The notes beneath the pieces were generated by a model. That model worked only from the letters and a program-made list of their open reading frames with translations, was not told where the DNA came from and ran no database searches. The translations under genes and the position numbers were made by a program. Shown in pieces: positions 8,516 through 18,586 of a DNA stretch of 25,972 nucleotides; position 1 is the first letter of the stretch; every line of letters begins with the position of its first letter. The DNA is from an uncultured bacterium (GTDB taxonomy: Bacteria > CAIJMQ01). Location: assembly GCA_964573245.1 (NCBI GenBank), contig CAZNJA010000016.1:1-25972 (forward strand). The letters are read 5' to 3'.

Positions 8516-8541
8516 TATAGGTGGAGAACATCCGCCCATAG
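8516..8541 (-). terminator. Hairpin downstream of V-ATPase subunit F, possible terminator
   Basis: CTATAGGTGGA-GAACA-TCCGCCCATAG inverted repeat; only a weak U-tract (TATTT) follows on the minus strand. Confidence 0.3.
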
Positions 8542-8599
8542 GGCAAGCATTTCGCCTCTTCCCTCCAAAAAACAAATGCCGGTTATTTTGTTCCTGAAT

Positions 8600-8902
8600 T
8601 TAGAATCCAACCGCTTCTTTCATTATCTTCTTAACCGTATCTTTAGCAAAATTTTTTCTGGTTTTATTTTGCGGTAGGACCAAAACAGCAGGCGGGAACC
8701 TTTTGATAATTTTTAAAAACGCTCCCTGATTTCCATAAACTATGTCTTCCGCAATAATTACAAGCCCATAGCCTTGTGCACTTAAATCTTCGATTAAATC
8801 TTCGGCTTCCTGCAAACTTTTGCAATCAAATAGGCTAAATCCGAGCGATTTTAACGGCAAAAGTTCTTTTTTATCGCCTAAAGCTGCAAGTTTAGTTCCC
8901 AT
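8600..8902 (-). CDS. V/A-type ATPase subunit F
   Basis: 100 aa; KLAALGD...LGF N-terminus, VLVLP, and C-terminal EAVGF; follows subunit C. Confidence 0.88.
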   Translation of the reverse strand: MGTKLAALGDKKELLPLKSLGFSLFDCKSLQEAEDLIEDLSAQGYGLVIIAEDIVYGNQGAFLKIIKRFPPAVLVLPQNKTRKNFAKDTVKKIMKEAVGF

Positions 8903-8919
8903 ATCGGTTCTTCGCCTTT

Positions 8920-9930
8920 TTACGCATTAAACGGTCCTATTTTCGCCTTGATTTCTTCCGAAGGGACATTATGCGTTTTCCCGACAAAAATCGTCCTTAA
9001 ATTCTTGATTTCATTGTTTTTCAAGAAAACATATCTCAAAACAGGCTCATATCCAAAAGCAGTATATTTCGCGCACGCTAAATACTGCAAAAGAGCAAGA
9101 TAACACTTGTTTTCTATCTCATAAAATTTATCGAAACTTTTGGAGGTGTCTATTTCAATGTTGGTTAAGACAGCATAAGGAGTAAATTTTATTCGTTGGA
9201 ACAAGTTATCCGCAGATTCTTTGCCTGTTCCGCCAAAAAAACGTTTACCCAACAACCCTCCGCTTATAAATAGTCGGCCAAACAAATCGTCTTCCGCATC
9301 CCGATTTTTGCATCTTATAAAAGTTTTGATGTTGATTAAATCGATTTCCGCTTTAAAGAAATATTGCGCAAAAGGAAATTCTTCCGTAACAGTTAAAATT
9401 TGCTCGTATAATCTCTGTTCCAAAACCGCGTCTAACATCTGCCAATCGCCTGTTTTCTCATGTATGTTCCATGCTTCGTTCAGAAAATCCTGGTAATTTT
9501 TGGGAAGAGATGCCAATTCCTGGCCGTCAAGTGCCTCCGCGATTTTTTCTTTTTCGACAAGCCCTTCTTCTAACCAATCATTTTCGATATCCGTGAATTT
9601 CGACTTTGCAAGCAACTTCAAATTATGAAAATCCTTCTTATAAAAAAATGGAAGCAGAAAGCTATCATTTTTTAGGAAACTTTTAAGTTCTTTTAATGTG
9701 GCGATTTCTTCTGCAGCAAAAGAATTATCAAAATCCGAAGGCGCAACCCTTTTTCCGTATGCGCTGGAACTTAATATAGACTCTAATTCCGATAAATTTC
9801 TGGCATCCGCCAACTGGTAAAACATTGATGCAGAAAGCAGTTTCGATTCCCAAACTCTTATCCTGCCCACAGCAAAAGTGTAATCGGGACTTTTCTGAAT
9901 TTTTATATTAGGAGATAGCATTTTAAACAA
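8920..9930 (-). CDS. ntpC: V/A-type ATPase subunit C (d)
   Basis: YTFAVGRIRVWESKLL, EIDLINIKT and NEIKNLRTIF motifs; ~335 aa; operon position. Confidence 0.9.
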   Translation of the reverse strand: MFKMLSPNIKIQKSPDYTFAVGRIRVWESKLLSASMFYQLADARNLSELESILSSSAYGKRVAPSDFDNSFAAEEIATLKELKSFLKNDSFLLPFFYKKDFHNLKLLAKSKFTDIENDWLEEGLVEKEKIAEALDGQELASLPKNYQDFLNEAWNIHEKTGDWQMLDAVLEQRLYEQILTVTEEFPFAQYFFKAEIDLINIKTFIRCKNRDAEDDLFGRLFISGGLLGKRFFGGTGKESADNLFQRIKFTPYAVLTNIEIDTSKSFDKFYEIENKCYLALLQYLACAKYTAFGYEPVLRYVFLKNNEIKNLRTIFVGKTHNVPSEEIKAKIGPFNA

Positions 9931-9934
9931 TAAA

Positions 9935-10531
9935 CTACAAATTTTTAAACAATATTCGGCTTATTTTAAGCTTTACGTCGTTGCGTTTTTCTTCAAGAAG
10001 CGATTCAAAAGAGTAATTTATTTCTTTTCTTTGTTGTTTTAGTATAAACCCGCCTCTTATTTTCTGTGTGCTTTTTGACAGTTTGACGCGGCTTTTGCCG
10101 TCGAGTTTTTTGTTGATGTTTTCTAAAAAAACCCTTACACCAACTCTTTTTGTAAATTTTGCAGGCAATATTATTTCGTTTTCACCCGGTTCTATAACAT
10201 TCAATATCGTTTTTTCCGTCCAGTTCACATATTCTTTGTCATATAAATTTTCAAGTTTATTCAAAGCTTCGCTAAAAATAGCGTTAACAGCCTCGCTTTT
10301 TGCTTTAAGTGTCTCTTTTGCCATTTTAAGTCGAGCGTTTTGAAGCAGGTTTTCTTTTAACTTTTCGGCTCTCGAATGCGCTTCGCGCTTATTTTTCTCT
10401 TTAAGTTCCCAAATAAACGCTTCAGTTTCTTCATTGATGTCTTTGCATTTTTCTCTTGCTTCTTTTTTTATGTGCTTAATATCTTTTCTGTTTTTTTCTT
10501 CTATTTTTTTTAAAATATCCTCTAATGCCAT
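9935..10531 (-). CDS. ntpE: V/A-type ATPase subunit E
   Basis: N-terminal coiled coil (MALEDILKKIEE) and C-terminal GGFIL...INYSFESLL. Confidence 0.9.
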   Translation of the reverse strand: MALEDILKKIEEKNRKDIKHIKKEAREKCKDINEETEAFIWELKEKNKREAHSRAEKLKENLLQNARLKMAKETLKAKSEAVNAIFSEALNKLENLYDKEYVNWTEKTILNVIEPGENEIILPAKFTKRVGVRVFLENINKKLDGKSRVKLSKSTQKIRGGFILKQQRKEINYSFESLLEEKRNDVKLKISRILFKNL

Positions 10532-10573
10532 AATAAATAATCCTTAAGCGGTTCTGTTTGCTTTATAACGATA

Positions 10574-11050
<477 letters not shown>

Positions 11051-13090
11051 TTACCTCCCTCCGGTTCTACGACCCGCCCGCTCCGACGTGACGTCGGAGC
11101 AGGTAGAGGTCGGAGACCTTTTAACTTTTGATATGATATATTTACTTTCTTGAGAAAGCGGCTGAAAAGCTTCTCCGCCTCCCTGGAAAAAGTATGAGAA
11201 AAATTCTACAAACTGCAGTCTTGTAGTATGAACAAAAGCCCCCAATGTATTAATAGCAATATTAAATAGATGCCCTACAATAATAATAAATAAAGCAAGT
11301 AAAATGCCCAAATAAGGAAGCTGTTCTAAGGCAATTCCTGCAAGAATATTTATGACAAGCGCAATAATACTGGTTGCCAACCCCAATGCCATAAGGCGGG
11401 AGTAGGAGAGAATATTACCCAGAAAATCTTTGGATTTCCATATAAATCCTCCCAGGCTAATCAATAGATTTAAAAGGGGGTTTCGGCCTTTCTTAAACAA
11501 TGAGGCAGCTACCATTATTCCTGCTCCTGCAAGCATTATAAAAAGAGCCGTCTGATTAAATTGTGGGGATAGAAAGCCCTGTTTTGAAATGATCCATAGG
11601 ATAACTCCGGGCAAGATAATAAGATAAGAAAGCTGGTCAGCAAACGCATCGGCGAAATTCCTGCTTCTTAATTGTTCATACATTTCAACGCCTATCCCAA
11701 GAAGTATATGAACAACACCGAAGGATAAGGCAAGAATAAAAAGTTTCATAAGATTATCTAAAGGATTGATTAAGATTAACATCTTAAGAACTTGAGGAAG
11801 TTTTGCAATCTCTATCCCAAACCAACCTCCGGTAACTATTCCCCAAAAAATTGTTGCAATTCCCCCAAGCAAAAAAAGTCGAAAGAACTCTCTACCTTCA
11901 ACTCCCACCTTTATTTTCTTCATAGCAAAAAGGGTAAGGGCGATAAGAACGAATCCATAACCAACATCAGTTAGGCATAACCCGAAGAATACGAAGAAAA
12001 AAGGTGCTACAAAGCCACTGGGGTCAACTTCTCCAAAATGGGGAAGACCAAAAAGTTTGGTTATTCCCTGGAAAGGTCTAACTAAAGCGGGATTTTTTAT
12101 TTCAATAGGCGGAAATTCTCCCTTGTCGGGGTCAATGTTTTCAATGTGGGTAGAAGGAAAGTCACTTTGCAAAGTTGCTTTTATTTTGTTCATATCGTCT
12201 TTCCTTACCCATCCCTGCAATACGAAAGTTCTTTGCGACTCGCACAAATGTTCTTTGGCTTTTTCTCTTTGCAACCGAAATAAATACCAATCGTGAACCA
12301 TCATCAATTTATCTTTATATTGAAGCAATTGTTTGATTTTCCTAAAAAGCTTTTCTTTTTCATCAAGTAGGGATGCTATTTGCTTTTTATCTGAATCTAT
12401 CGCGTTAGAAGGCAACTTGTCGCATAAAGAAAGATTTACAGTTTCAAATCCTTCTTCCTTTAACAAAGATGAGATTTCGTCATCATTTTCTTTCCAATAC
12501 ATCAATAGCAGGCATGCAAAATCGGCATCTATAGATATAATTTCCGCACAAGTTGCATCTATTTCACTCAATTTGTTGATTAGTGAGTCGTGTTTTTCTT
12601 TTGGACCTTTTAAGAAAAGAGAACTTGTAGTTTGAGTTTCTTTCGCCTCACAAGGAGACCATGATAAATTTTTAAAAGGGGTAAGAAGGGCAATATCATT
12701 ATGCAGAAACGATATTTTTTCGCTAATTTTTGAAATTTTCTCTTTTATATCGTTAACATTTTTTACTATTTCTTGATAACTAAAATTGCGCACGGTTTTC
12801 TCAAATTCTTTTTCATCCGTTTCCACCCTCGCCGGGAAAAAATTTTCAACAAGCGCCTTATTTTCATTAAATTGTTCCAGAAAGGAAATAGTGGATTCTA
12901 TGTGAGCGATTTCTTCGCCGATATGCCGCTCTTCGCTGTCAGGGTCATGGCCTGAAAAATAATTGTCCAACGTGCCTTCTTCAAAACCTTTAAGATGGAT
13001 AAATTCGGATTTTTGTAATTGCCTAATCATCTTTTCCTTCTCTTCTTTTAGGCCGATTACCCTAATTTTCCGCATTTTTACTACAGACAT
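11051..13090 (-). CDS. ntpI: V/A-type ATPase subunit I (a)
   Basis: Soluble N-terminal half with LQGWV; membrane half with FFGLCLTDVGYG, SYSRLMALGLA (essential Arg) and RLQFVEFF. Confidence 0.96.
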   Translation of the reverse strand: MSVVKMRKIRVIGLKEEKEKMIRQLQKSEFIHLKGFEEGTLDNYFSGHDPDSEERHIGEEIAHIESTISFLEQFNENKALVENFFPARVETDEKEFEKTVRNFSYQEIVKNVNDIKEKISKISEKISFLHNDIALLTPFKNLSWSPCEAKETQTTSSLFLKGPKEKHDSLINKLSEIDATCAEIISIDADFACLLLMYWKENDDEISSLLKEEGFETVNLSLCDKLPSNAIDSDKKQIASLLDEKEKLFRKIKQLLQYKDKLMMVHDWYLFRLQREKAKEHLCESQRTFVLQGWVRKDDMNKIKATLQSDFPSTHIENIDPDKGEFPPIEIKNPALVRPFQGITKLFGLPHFGEVDPSGFVAPFFFVFFGLCLTDVGYGFVLIALTLFAMKKIKVGVEGREFFRLFLLGGIATIFWGIVTGGWFGIEIAKLPQVLKMLILINPLDNLMKLFILALSFGVVHILLGIGVEMYEQLRSRNFADAFADQLSYLIILPGVILWIISKQGFLSPQFNQTALFIMLAGAGIMVAASLFKKGRNPLLNLLISLGGFIWKSKDFLGNILSYSRLMALGLATSIIALVINILAGIALEQLPYLGILLALFIIIVGHLFNIAINTLGAFVHTTRLQFVEFFSYFFQGGGEAFQPLSQESKYIISKVKRSPTSTCSDVTSERAGRRTGGR
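11073..11113. repeat. GC-rich palindrome (family A) inside the ntpI 3' end
   Basis: CCCGCCCGCTCCGACG-TGA-CGTCGGAGCAGGTAGAGGTCGG; its reverse complement matches the ugd copy at 25/31 positions by manual alignment. Confidence 0.75.
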
Positions 13091-13164
13091 TGGTTTATCC
13101 CTAATTTGACCTTTTTTTAAAAAAACAAAAATGTTTTTACATTTTAAATATGTGTTTTTTAATG

Positions 13165-13488
13165 TTATTTAAAAACCTCATCTATGACAATAGCTATGGC
13201 TTTTTCTTTATTTTTAGACGCCAATTGCTCAATTCTTTGTTTTTCTGCGTCCGTTTGGTTTTTCAACTTATCTGTCTTTTCCTTTATTTCTTTTCTTACC
13301 TGCTCAAGCAATTCCTTTGTAAGCTTTTTGTTTTCTTTTCCAACGCCAACAATAAGTCCTTCTCTTTGCTTTTTAGCTTTAGCTATCATCTTTGCCGCAT
13401 CTTCGCGCGCCTTTACCAAATCTTTTTCGACTTTTTTTTCAGCTTCTTTTATCGCTTCTAAAGGTGAATTATTCAATCTTGTCCTCAC
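13165..13488 (-). CDS. V/A-type ATPase peripheral stalk subunit H/G
   Basis: 107-aa charged coiled coil (IKEAEKK...AREDAAKMIAKAK...NKEKAIAIVIDEV), first gene before subunit I. Confidence 0.82.
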   Translation of the reverse strand: MRTRLNNSPLEAIKEAEKKVEKDLVKAREDAAKMIAKAKKQREGLIVGVGKENKKLTKELLEQVRKEIKEKTDKLKNQTDAEKQRIEQLASKNKEKAIAIVIDEVFK

Positions 13489-13506
13489 TTAATTGAGAAT
13501 ATTAGC

Positions 13507-14319
13507 TCAAATTTTAACTCCCAGCGTTTCCAATATCCTGTTTAAGTCTTCATCGGAATAGTATTCTATGACAAGTAAACCCCGCTGTCTACTTGTTTTT
13601 AGAAGGACTTTGGTCCCTAAAATCCGCTGCAGTTGTTCTTCGATATGTTGAAGATTCGCATCTTTCTTTTCCGTTTTTTTCTTTCTATGTGCAATTCTTT
13701 CTGTTTCTCTAACCGAATAAGACCGTCCTTCCAATAGTCTTTTGTGTAATTTTTCCCTTTCTTCCGGCGGCAAAGAAAGGAGAACTCTGCCATGCCCCTC
13801 GCTAATATTCCCCTTCTTAATGTCATCTTGAATATTCTGTGGCAGTTTCAATAATCTTAGTGTATTTGCAACCGACGAGCGCTTTTTGCCCGCAATTTTT
13901 GCCACGTCTTCCTGGGATAAGTTAAATTCGGCAATCAGCGCCTGATAGCCCCCGGCCCTTTCTATTGCGTTTAACTCTTCTCTTTGAAGGTTTTCTACCA
14001 AAGCCAATTTTAACTGACTTTTATTGTCCGCATCTCTTACAATTATAGGAATATTTTTAAGGCCAGCTTCTTTTGTCGCTCTCCAACGCCTTTCGCCGAA
14101 AATGATTTCATAACTGTTGCCAACAGGCTTTACAACAACCGGCTGTAGAACTCCGTTTTCTTTTATAGATTCTATCAACCCTGCCATTTGATTGGAGTCA
14201 AAACTCTTGCGCGGTTGGAATTTATTTGGAACTATCTTGTCTATCCCTACTAATTTAATATTTTCTTTAGAAGAAGGGATTAGTGCCTCAAGCCCTCTCC
14301 CCAACACTCTTTTCTGCAT
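13507..14319 (-). CDS. parB: ParB/Spo0J chromosome partitioning protein (likely start ATG 14319)
   Basis: [31 protein letters not shown] and [21 protein letters not shown] before 14319. Confidence 0.96.
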   Translation of the reverse strand: MQKRVLGRGLEALIPSSKENIKLVGIDKIVPNKFQPRKSFDSNQMAGLIESIKENGVLQPVVVKPVGNSYEIIFGERRWRATKEAGLKNIPIIVRDADNKSQLKLALVENLQREELNAIERAGGYQALIAEFNLSQEDVAKIAGKKRSSVANTLRLLKLPQNIQDDIKKGNISEGHGRVLLSLPPEEREKLHKRLLEGRSYSVRETERIAHRKKKTEKKDANLQHIEEQLQRILGTKVLLKTSRQRGLLVIEYYSDEDLNRILETLGVKI

Positions 14320-15073
14320 TTCTTCTAACCTCCTTTGCAAGATTCAGATAACTTCTTGCTCCCTTGGAAAAAGAAGCATACAAAATTGCCGGTTTTCCAA
14401 AACTCGGAGCTTCAGATAATCTGATATTACGAGGAATCAATGTTTTAAAAACTTTATCCGGAAAGTAATTTTTTACCTCTGCTATAACCTCTTTAGTAAG
14501 ATTTGTCCTCAAGTCTACCATTACAAGGACTATTCCCAATATTTCTAGTGGAGAATTAAACGAGTTTTTGATCTGTTCTATGATATTAGTAATTCTTCCC
14601 AGCCCTTCTAGTGCGTAATATTCGCATTGAATAGGAATAATAACCGATTGTGCCGCCACAAGTGCATTTACAGTCAATAAGCCCAAAGAGGGTGGACAAT
14701 CTATAAAAATAAAGTCGAAATCGTTTTTTATTTTTTCAAGTTTTTCTTTCAATAGAAATTCCCTTGAAGGCATATCAACCAGCTCCACTTCAGCGCCGAT
14801 TAGACGTTCGTTTGAAGGCAATATATAAAGAGTTTTTATCTCGGTGGGAATCGTTAAATCTCTTGACTCTGCCTCCGATATCAATAATTCATACGCGGTA
14901 TGGTCCATCTGTTTGCCGTTTATGCCGAAACCCGCCGTAGCGTTGGCTTGCGGGTCAAAATCTATAAGAAGAACCTTTTTTCTGTTTATAGCCAAAGAAG
15001 CGGCAAGATTGACGGCCGTAGTTGTCTTGCCAACGCCCCCTTTTTGATTAGCAATAGCTATTATTTCACCCAT
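14288..15073 (-). CDS. parA: ParA/Soj ATPase (likely start ATG 15073)
   Basis: [33 protein letters not shown] and [14 protein letters not shown]. Confidence 0.97.
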   Translation of the reverse strand: MGEIIAIANQKGGVGKTTTAVNLAASLAINRKKVLLIDFDPQANATAGFGINGKQMDHTAYELLISEAESRDLTIPTEIKTLYILPSNERLIGAEVELVDMPSREFLLKEKLEKIKNDFDFIFIDCPPSLGLLTVNALVAAQSVIIPIQCEYYALEGLGRITNIIEQIKNSFNSPLEILGIVLVMVDLRTNLTKEVIAEVKNYFPDKVFKTLIPRNIRLSEAPSFGKPAILYASFSKGARSYLNLAKEVRRNAEKSVGERA

Positions 15074-15081
15074 AGTATTTA

Positions 15082-15228
15082 ATAGAAACCAGATGACAGC
15101 GGTCAGAAATACTGCTAATTTTGTCCTCTGTATTCTGTTTTCTGGGGTAAACCAGAACAAGTACGGTTTACCCCAGCCCTGAACCGTGATTTTTTAGAAA
15201 TCTCTGGTTCAAGGGCTGTCTTCTATTT
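15082..15228. repeat. Inverted heptamer array (family C) interrupted by a hairpin doublet
   Basis: CCAGATG ACAGCGG TCAGAAA ... TTTGTCC TCTGTAT TCTGTTT TCTG[insert]TCT TCTATTT. Confidence 0.65.
15142..15218. mobile_element. Hairpin-doublet MITE/REPIN-like element (family B-like)
   Basis: A perfect 12-bp stem CTGGGGTAAACC/GGTTTACCCCAG is followed directly by CCCTGAACC...GGTTCAAGGG (1-nt bulge); CTG is duplicated at both ends. Confidence 0.55.
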
Positions 15229-15236
15229 TTAAAGCA

Positions 15237-15252
15237 TGTTTCACGTGAAACA
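15237..15252. promoter_or_regulatory. parS: parS centromere-like site
   Basis: Exact TGTTTCACGTGAAACA palindrome ~160 bp upstream of parA. Confidence 0.95.
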
Positions 15253-15274
15253 AAGCGTTTCATCTACTCCAATT

Positions 15275-16474
15275 TTATCTTGAATCTTCTCTTTTTTGCT
15301 CCGTTTTGAAAGACCGCTGTAACCCCTCAACTATTACTCCCCCAATCCCCAAAGGCAAAATCGTAAACGAGGGATTATCAATTGTGCCTGTCAATTTAAT
15401 CCTTCTTAAAACATTGCCAAACTCGTCTATTATACCCCCTAAGGCCTTAGTAAGCGAAGTCCCCCCTAAAAGTTCAGATGAAGCATATAATCCTAATATA
15501 AAGTTTAATTTTTTGTTCCATCCTACCTCGCCTGTTGATGTTATTCGTATCCCCGGTCCTTTAATCTCGGCATTATCGGTATAAGCGTATCCTTCAAAAA
15601 CCTTGAAATCCGCATGGAACGTGGTTAAAGAAAAATCCCGGGACACTGCCGCAAACGGCGAAAAAGTAAGAATGCGGCCTATCAAACCTACTTTTCCAAG
15701 CTCCCCCTCGTCAATATCAATTTTGGCTTTCCCTAAAATGCTTGTCGGTTTCCCAAATTCCCCTGAAAGCCCGGCATCGCAAAATAGTATGCCTGATACA
15801 GAGTGTGTATAGCCCCACTGTTCTGAAATAATGCCTATATCCACACCTTGGACATCTAACTTGATATTAAAGAATGTCGGGCTTTTAGCGAAATCTATAT
15901 TGCCGTTTATATACACTACCCCTTTGGCAGTTTTCATCTCGCCGTTTTCAATAAACAAGTTTTTCCCCTGCAGCCTATAATTAGCTTTCAATTCTTGTGC
16001 GGAGAGTCTGCCCCATTCAAAATAAGCACTCTTTATTTTGCCGGTTATATTAGGAGAGCCGCCCTTAAAATCTATTGTGAATTCGCCTTCTAATTGAGAA
16101 AATTCCAGCGGGAAAAGAAAATTTTCCGAAGATAAAGATAGTTTCTGCGAAGAAAAAGTTCCACTTGAAATAATCCCCCGCCCCTCTTCAACCTTAACGT
16201 CCGACGATAAAGAAACTTCCCCTTCATACTTTATTCCTGCGGAGTGTTTCTCCAGCAAGGACTTAAAATTAAGAAGATTTAAGTTTTCCGTTGTTATACG
16301 AAAATTACCCCTATCCTTATTGGAGAGAGAGTTGGGCGTGTCAGTCCCAGCGCGCAAAATACCTGAATGCGTAAAAGGGACAACCCAAAGACACAGCAGG
16401 AGAGTATATTTAAAAATTCCACCCCAAAAATTTGCCCGAATTATGTTTTTTTGGATTCTGGACGATTTATCCAT
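15275..16474 (-). CDS. AsmA-like (bridge-like beta-groove) membrane-anchored protein
   Basis: N-terminal hydrophobic segment, beta-strand-rich glycine pattern and the AsmA C-terminal-type IKLTGTIDNPSF; overlaps the yidC 3' end. Confidence 0.7.
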   Translation of the reverse strand: MDKSSRIQKNIIRANFWGGIFKYTLLLCLWVVPFTHSGILRAGTDTPNSLSNKDRGNFRITTENLNLLNFKSLLEKHSAGIKYEGEVSLSSDVKVEEGRGIISSGTFSSQKLSLSSENFLFPLEFSQLEGEFTIDFKGGSPNITGKIKSAYFEWGRLSAQELKANYRLQGKNLFIENGEMKTAKGVVYINGNIDFAKSPTFFNIKLDVQGVDIGIISEQWGYTHSVSGILFCDAGLSGEFGKPTSILGKAKIDIDEGELGKVGLIGRILTFSPFAAVSRDFSLTTFHADFKVFEGYAYTDNAEIKGPGIRITSTGEVGWNKKLNFILGLYASSELLGGTSLTKALGGIIDEFGNVLRRIKLTGTIDNPSFTILPLGIGGVIVEGLQRSFKTEQKREDSR

Positions 16475-18189
16475 GTCTGTGCAAGTATATTAATTAGACT
16501 GCCACATACGAAATACAATACCAAACCCGACGGAAAATTATAAAAGATAAACAGCATAATAATAGGGAAAACAAACATCATGCTCTGGTTTGCCCCGGCG
16601 CTTCCCGAAACCTTCTGTTGTAAAAAGGTTACCGCAGTCATTAGTATCGGTAAAATGTTTACGGTTGGGCCAATATAGGGAATACCGAATGGCAACGGCA
16701 GTGCATCCGGCAGGGAAAGGTCTTTTATCCATAAAATAAAAGGAGCACCTCTTAACTCAATAACAGAACGAAGAGTCATAAACAATCCGATAAAAATCGG
16801 CAGTTGAAGAAGCATCGGCAGACACCCGCCTGCGGGATTTACCTTATGCCTGCGATATAATTCTATCACTTCCCTGTTCATCTTTTGCGGGTCACTTTTA
16901 AATTCTTTTCTTATTCTCTCCATTTCCGACTGTAATTTACGCATTTCTTTCATAGATGCGAAACTTTTCAAGGAAAGAGGAAGAAGAACAAGATTAATCA
17001 AAATAGTCAACAGGATTATTGCCACTCCGTAATTATTGGTCAATCTATGGAAGAATTTAAGGATGTGGACTATATGAAACAGGTTGCCAAAAAGCCCATA
17101 GTCCACTATTTTGGAAGTTTCTCTCCCAACTTGATATAAATGCTCCAACTTTTTAGGGCCCAAATACATGTCGAAAGAAAATTCGCTTTTTTGCGCAGGT
17201 TCAAGGGCAGATATCGCTACTTTTAATCCTATTTTATGCTCTCCATATTCATTTTTTTGAATATACGCACTTTTGACGGTTTCATTAGGTATTAAAATTT
17301 TGGCAAAATACTTGTTTTGCAAAGCTACCCAACCAATTTGTCCGTATTCTACAATTGGATTTTGAGAGCCCCTCCCGAATTTCTCTCGTTTTAATTGGTT
17401 GTTGAGAAAAACCACAGGTTCAAATTTGGTATAAGTGCGAATTCCTTCGTTAATACCCACATCAGGCCCGCAGGTTATTAAAAAATCATGATTTTCTAAA
17501 GCCTCGGCTCCAATGTTTTCCACTGTAATTTTTACGCTCACCAAATATGAGTCAGGAGCAAAAGCGAATTCTTTTTTAAGCGAAACCAAACCAGGTATTT
17601 CTTTGATCAATTGGACTTTGTTTGGTCCTTCTCTGACAAGCTCATAATTAGTCTCCTCCGACCATATTACTTTGTTGTTTTTGTCTCTTATCTGTAAAAA
17701 AGGCGGAAAGTAATCGTGATACTGCTCGCTAAAAGATATTAATTCAACGCCTTCATGATTATTGGATTCTTCAAGGTGGGATATCTCATATCTTAACTTT
17801 TTGATTGGATATAGAAGGGGAGAATCTATATCAAGATTATGGAGTGCTTGCGATGCGGCCTGTTTGCGGAATTGTTGCTGTGCTTTTTGCAACTGCTGTT
17901 GTAGTTGTCCAATTCCAAAATCTCTTGTTTTATATTCATTTAACCTAAAACTGCTTATCCCGCCATTTTCTGAGAGTAAAGCAGAATATAATGGCAACTC
18001 AAACGCAACTTCTTCCGATTTAGTCGGTTTAAGTACCGCTTCGTTTAATAACTGTTCTATTTTTTCTTCGCTTTTTTCTTGGCTTTCTTCTAATTGCCCT
18101 TGCTTTTTAGGTTGGGGAGCATTGATAACCTGAAAAAAGATAAGCACAAAAATTATTAATACAACAGCCAAAATTACCCTTTTTTCCAT
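16441..18189 (-). CDS. yidC: Membrane protein insertase YidC
   Basis: N-terminal TM, large periplasmic domain ending YLGPK, NYGVAIILLT, NPAGGCLPMLLQLPIF, WIKDLS.PD and PSGLVLY; SD GAGGAG. Confidence 0.97.
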   Translation of the reverse strand: MEKRVILAVVLIIFVLIFFQVINAPQPKKQGQLEESQEKSEEKIEQLLNEAVLKPTKSEEVAFELPLYSALLSENGGISSFRLNEYKTRDFGIGQLQQQLQKAQQQFRKQAASQALHNLDIDSPLLYPIKKLRYEISHLEESNNHEGVELISFSEQYHDYFPPFLQIRDKNNKVIWSEETNYELVREGPNKVQLIKEIPGLVSLKKEFAFAPDSYLVSVKITVENIGAEALENHDFLITCGPDVGINEGIRTYTKFEPVVFLNNQLKREKFGRGSQNPIVEYGQIGWVALQNKYFAKILIPNETVKSAYIQKNEYGEHKIGLKVAISALEPAQKSEFSFDMYLGPKKLEHLYQVGRETSKIVDYGLFGNLFHIVHILKFFHRLTNNYGVAIILLTILINLVLLPLSLKSFASMKEMRKLQSEMERIRKEFKSDPQKMNREVIELYRRHKVNPAGGCLPMLLQLPIFIGLFMTLRSVIELRGAPFILWIKDLSLPDALPLPFGIPYIGPTVNILPILMTAVTFLQQKVSGSAGANQSMMFVFPIIMLFIFYNFPSGLVLYFVCGSLINILAQTWINRPESKKT

Positions 18190-18270
18190 GGAATGAACTC
18201 CTCTTTGGCAAAACTAATTACACGTACACCTGTCTAATTTTAGTAGACACACAAATTTTCCCATAAAAAC

Positions 18271-18300
18271 GAATCTCTCCGCGCTAAAGCACAGGGTTTC
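18271..18300. repeat. IS200/IS605-end-like imperfect hairpin
   Basis: CTCCGCGC-TAAA-GCACAGGG followed by TTTC resembles the CCCC...TAAA...GGGGCTTC subterminal hairpins of IS200/IS605 elements; no transposase nearby. Confidence 0.35.
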
Positions 18301-18376
18301 TTTTCTTTGACAACCATGAACTGTGTCCCGAGCAAAACGATTTAAAAAAGGAAAAATATTCTCCATTAATCGGAAA

Positions 18377-18586
18377 TCATTTTAGTGGGTCGTAACCCCC
18401 AGGATGAAAAGGATGGCACTTGGCAATCCTAACCAATGTATAAAAAACACCTTCCAGCACGCCTTTTTTGTCTATGGCTTCATAAGCGTATCGAGAGCAA
18501 CTTGGATAGAAACGGCAATGTTTTCCTAATAGAGGGGAAATGAAACGTTGGTAAAAAAGCAATAGTTTCAATAAGATTATCCGCAT
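18377..18586 (-). CDS. yidD: Membrane protein insertion efficiency factor YidD
   Basis: [17 protein letters not shown] and [12 protein letters not shown]; likely start ATG 18586. Confidence 0.95.
   Translation of the reverse strand: MRIILLKLLLFYQRFISPLLGKHCRFYPSCSRYAYEAIDKKGVLEGVFYTLVRIAKCHPFHPGGYDPLK

Noticed and set aside
8516-8565. GGAGG followed by an 11-codon ORF (MLALWADVLHL) after ATPase subunit F as a remnant of subunit A
   Set aside because: No resemblance to the V-ATPase A N-terminus; SD spacing is long and the ORF coincides with a hairpin.
15074-15160. 29-aa N-terminal extension of ParA from the ORF track
   Set aside because: It is a translation of the heptamer array and hairpin insert; the family-typical start is ATG 15073.
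18215-18366. About 50-aa minus-strand ORF (MENIFPFLNRFARD...) as a possible rnpA remnant
   Set aside because: No RNR motif or basic RnpA character, it is on the wrong side of yidD, and it spans a repeat-like hairpin.
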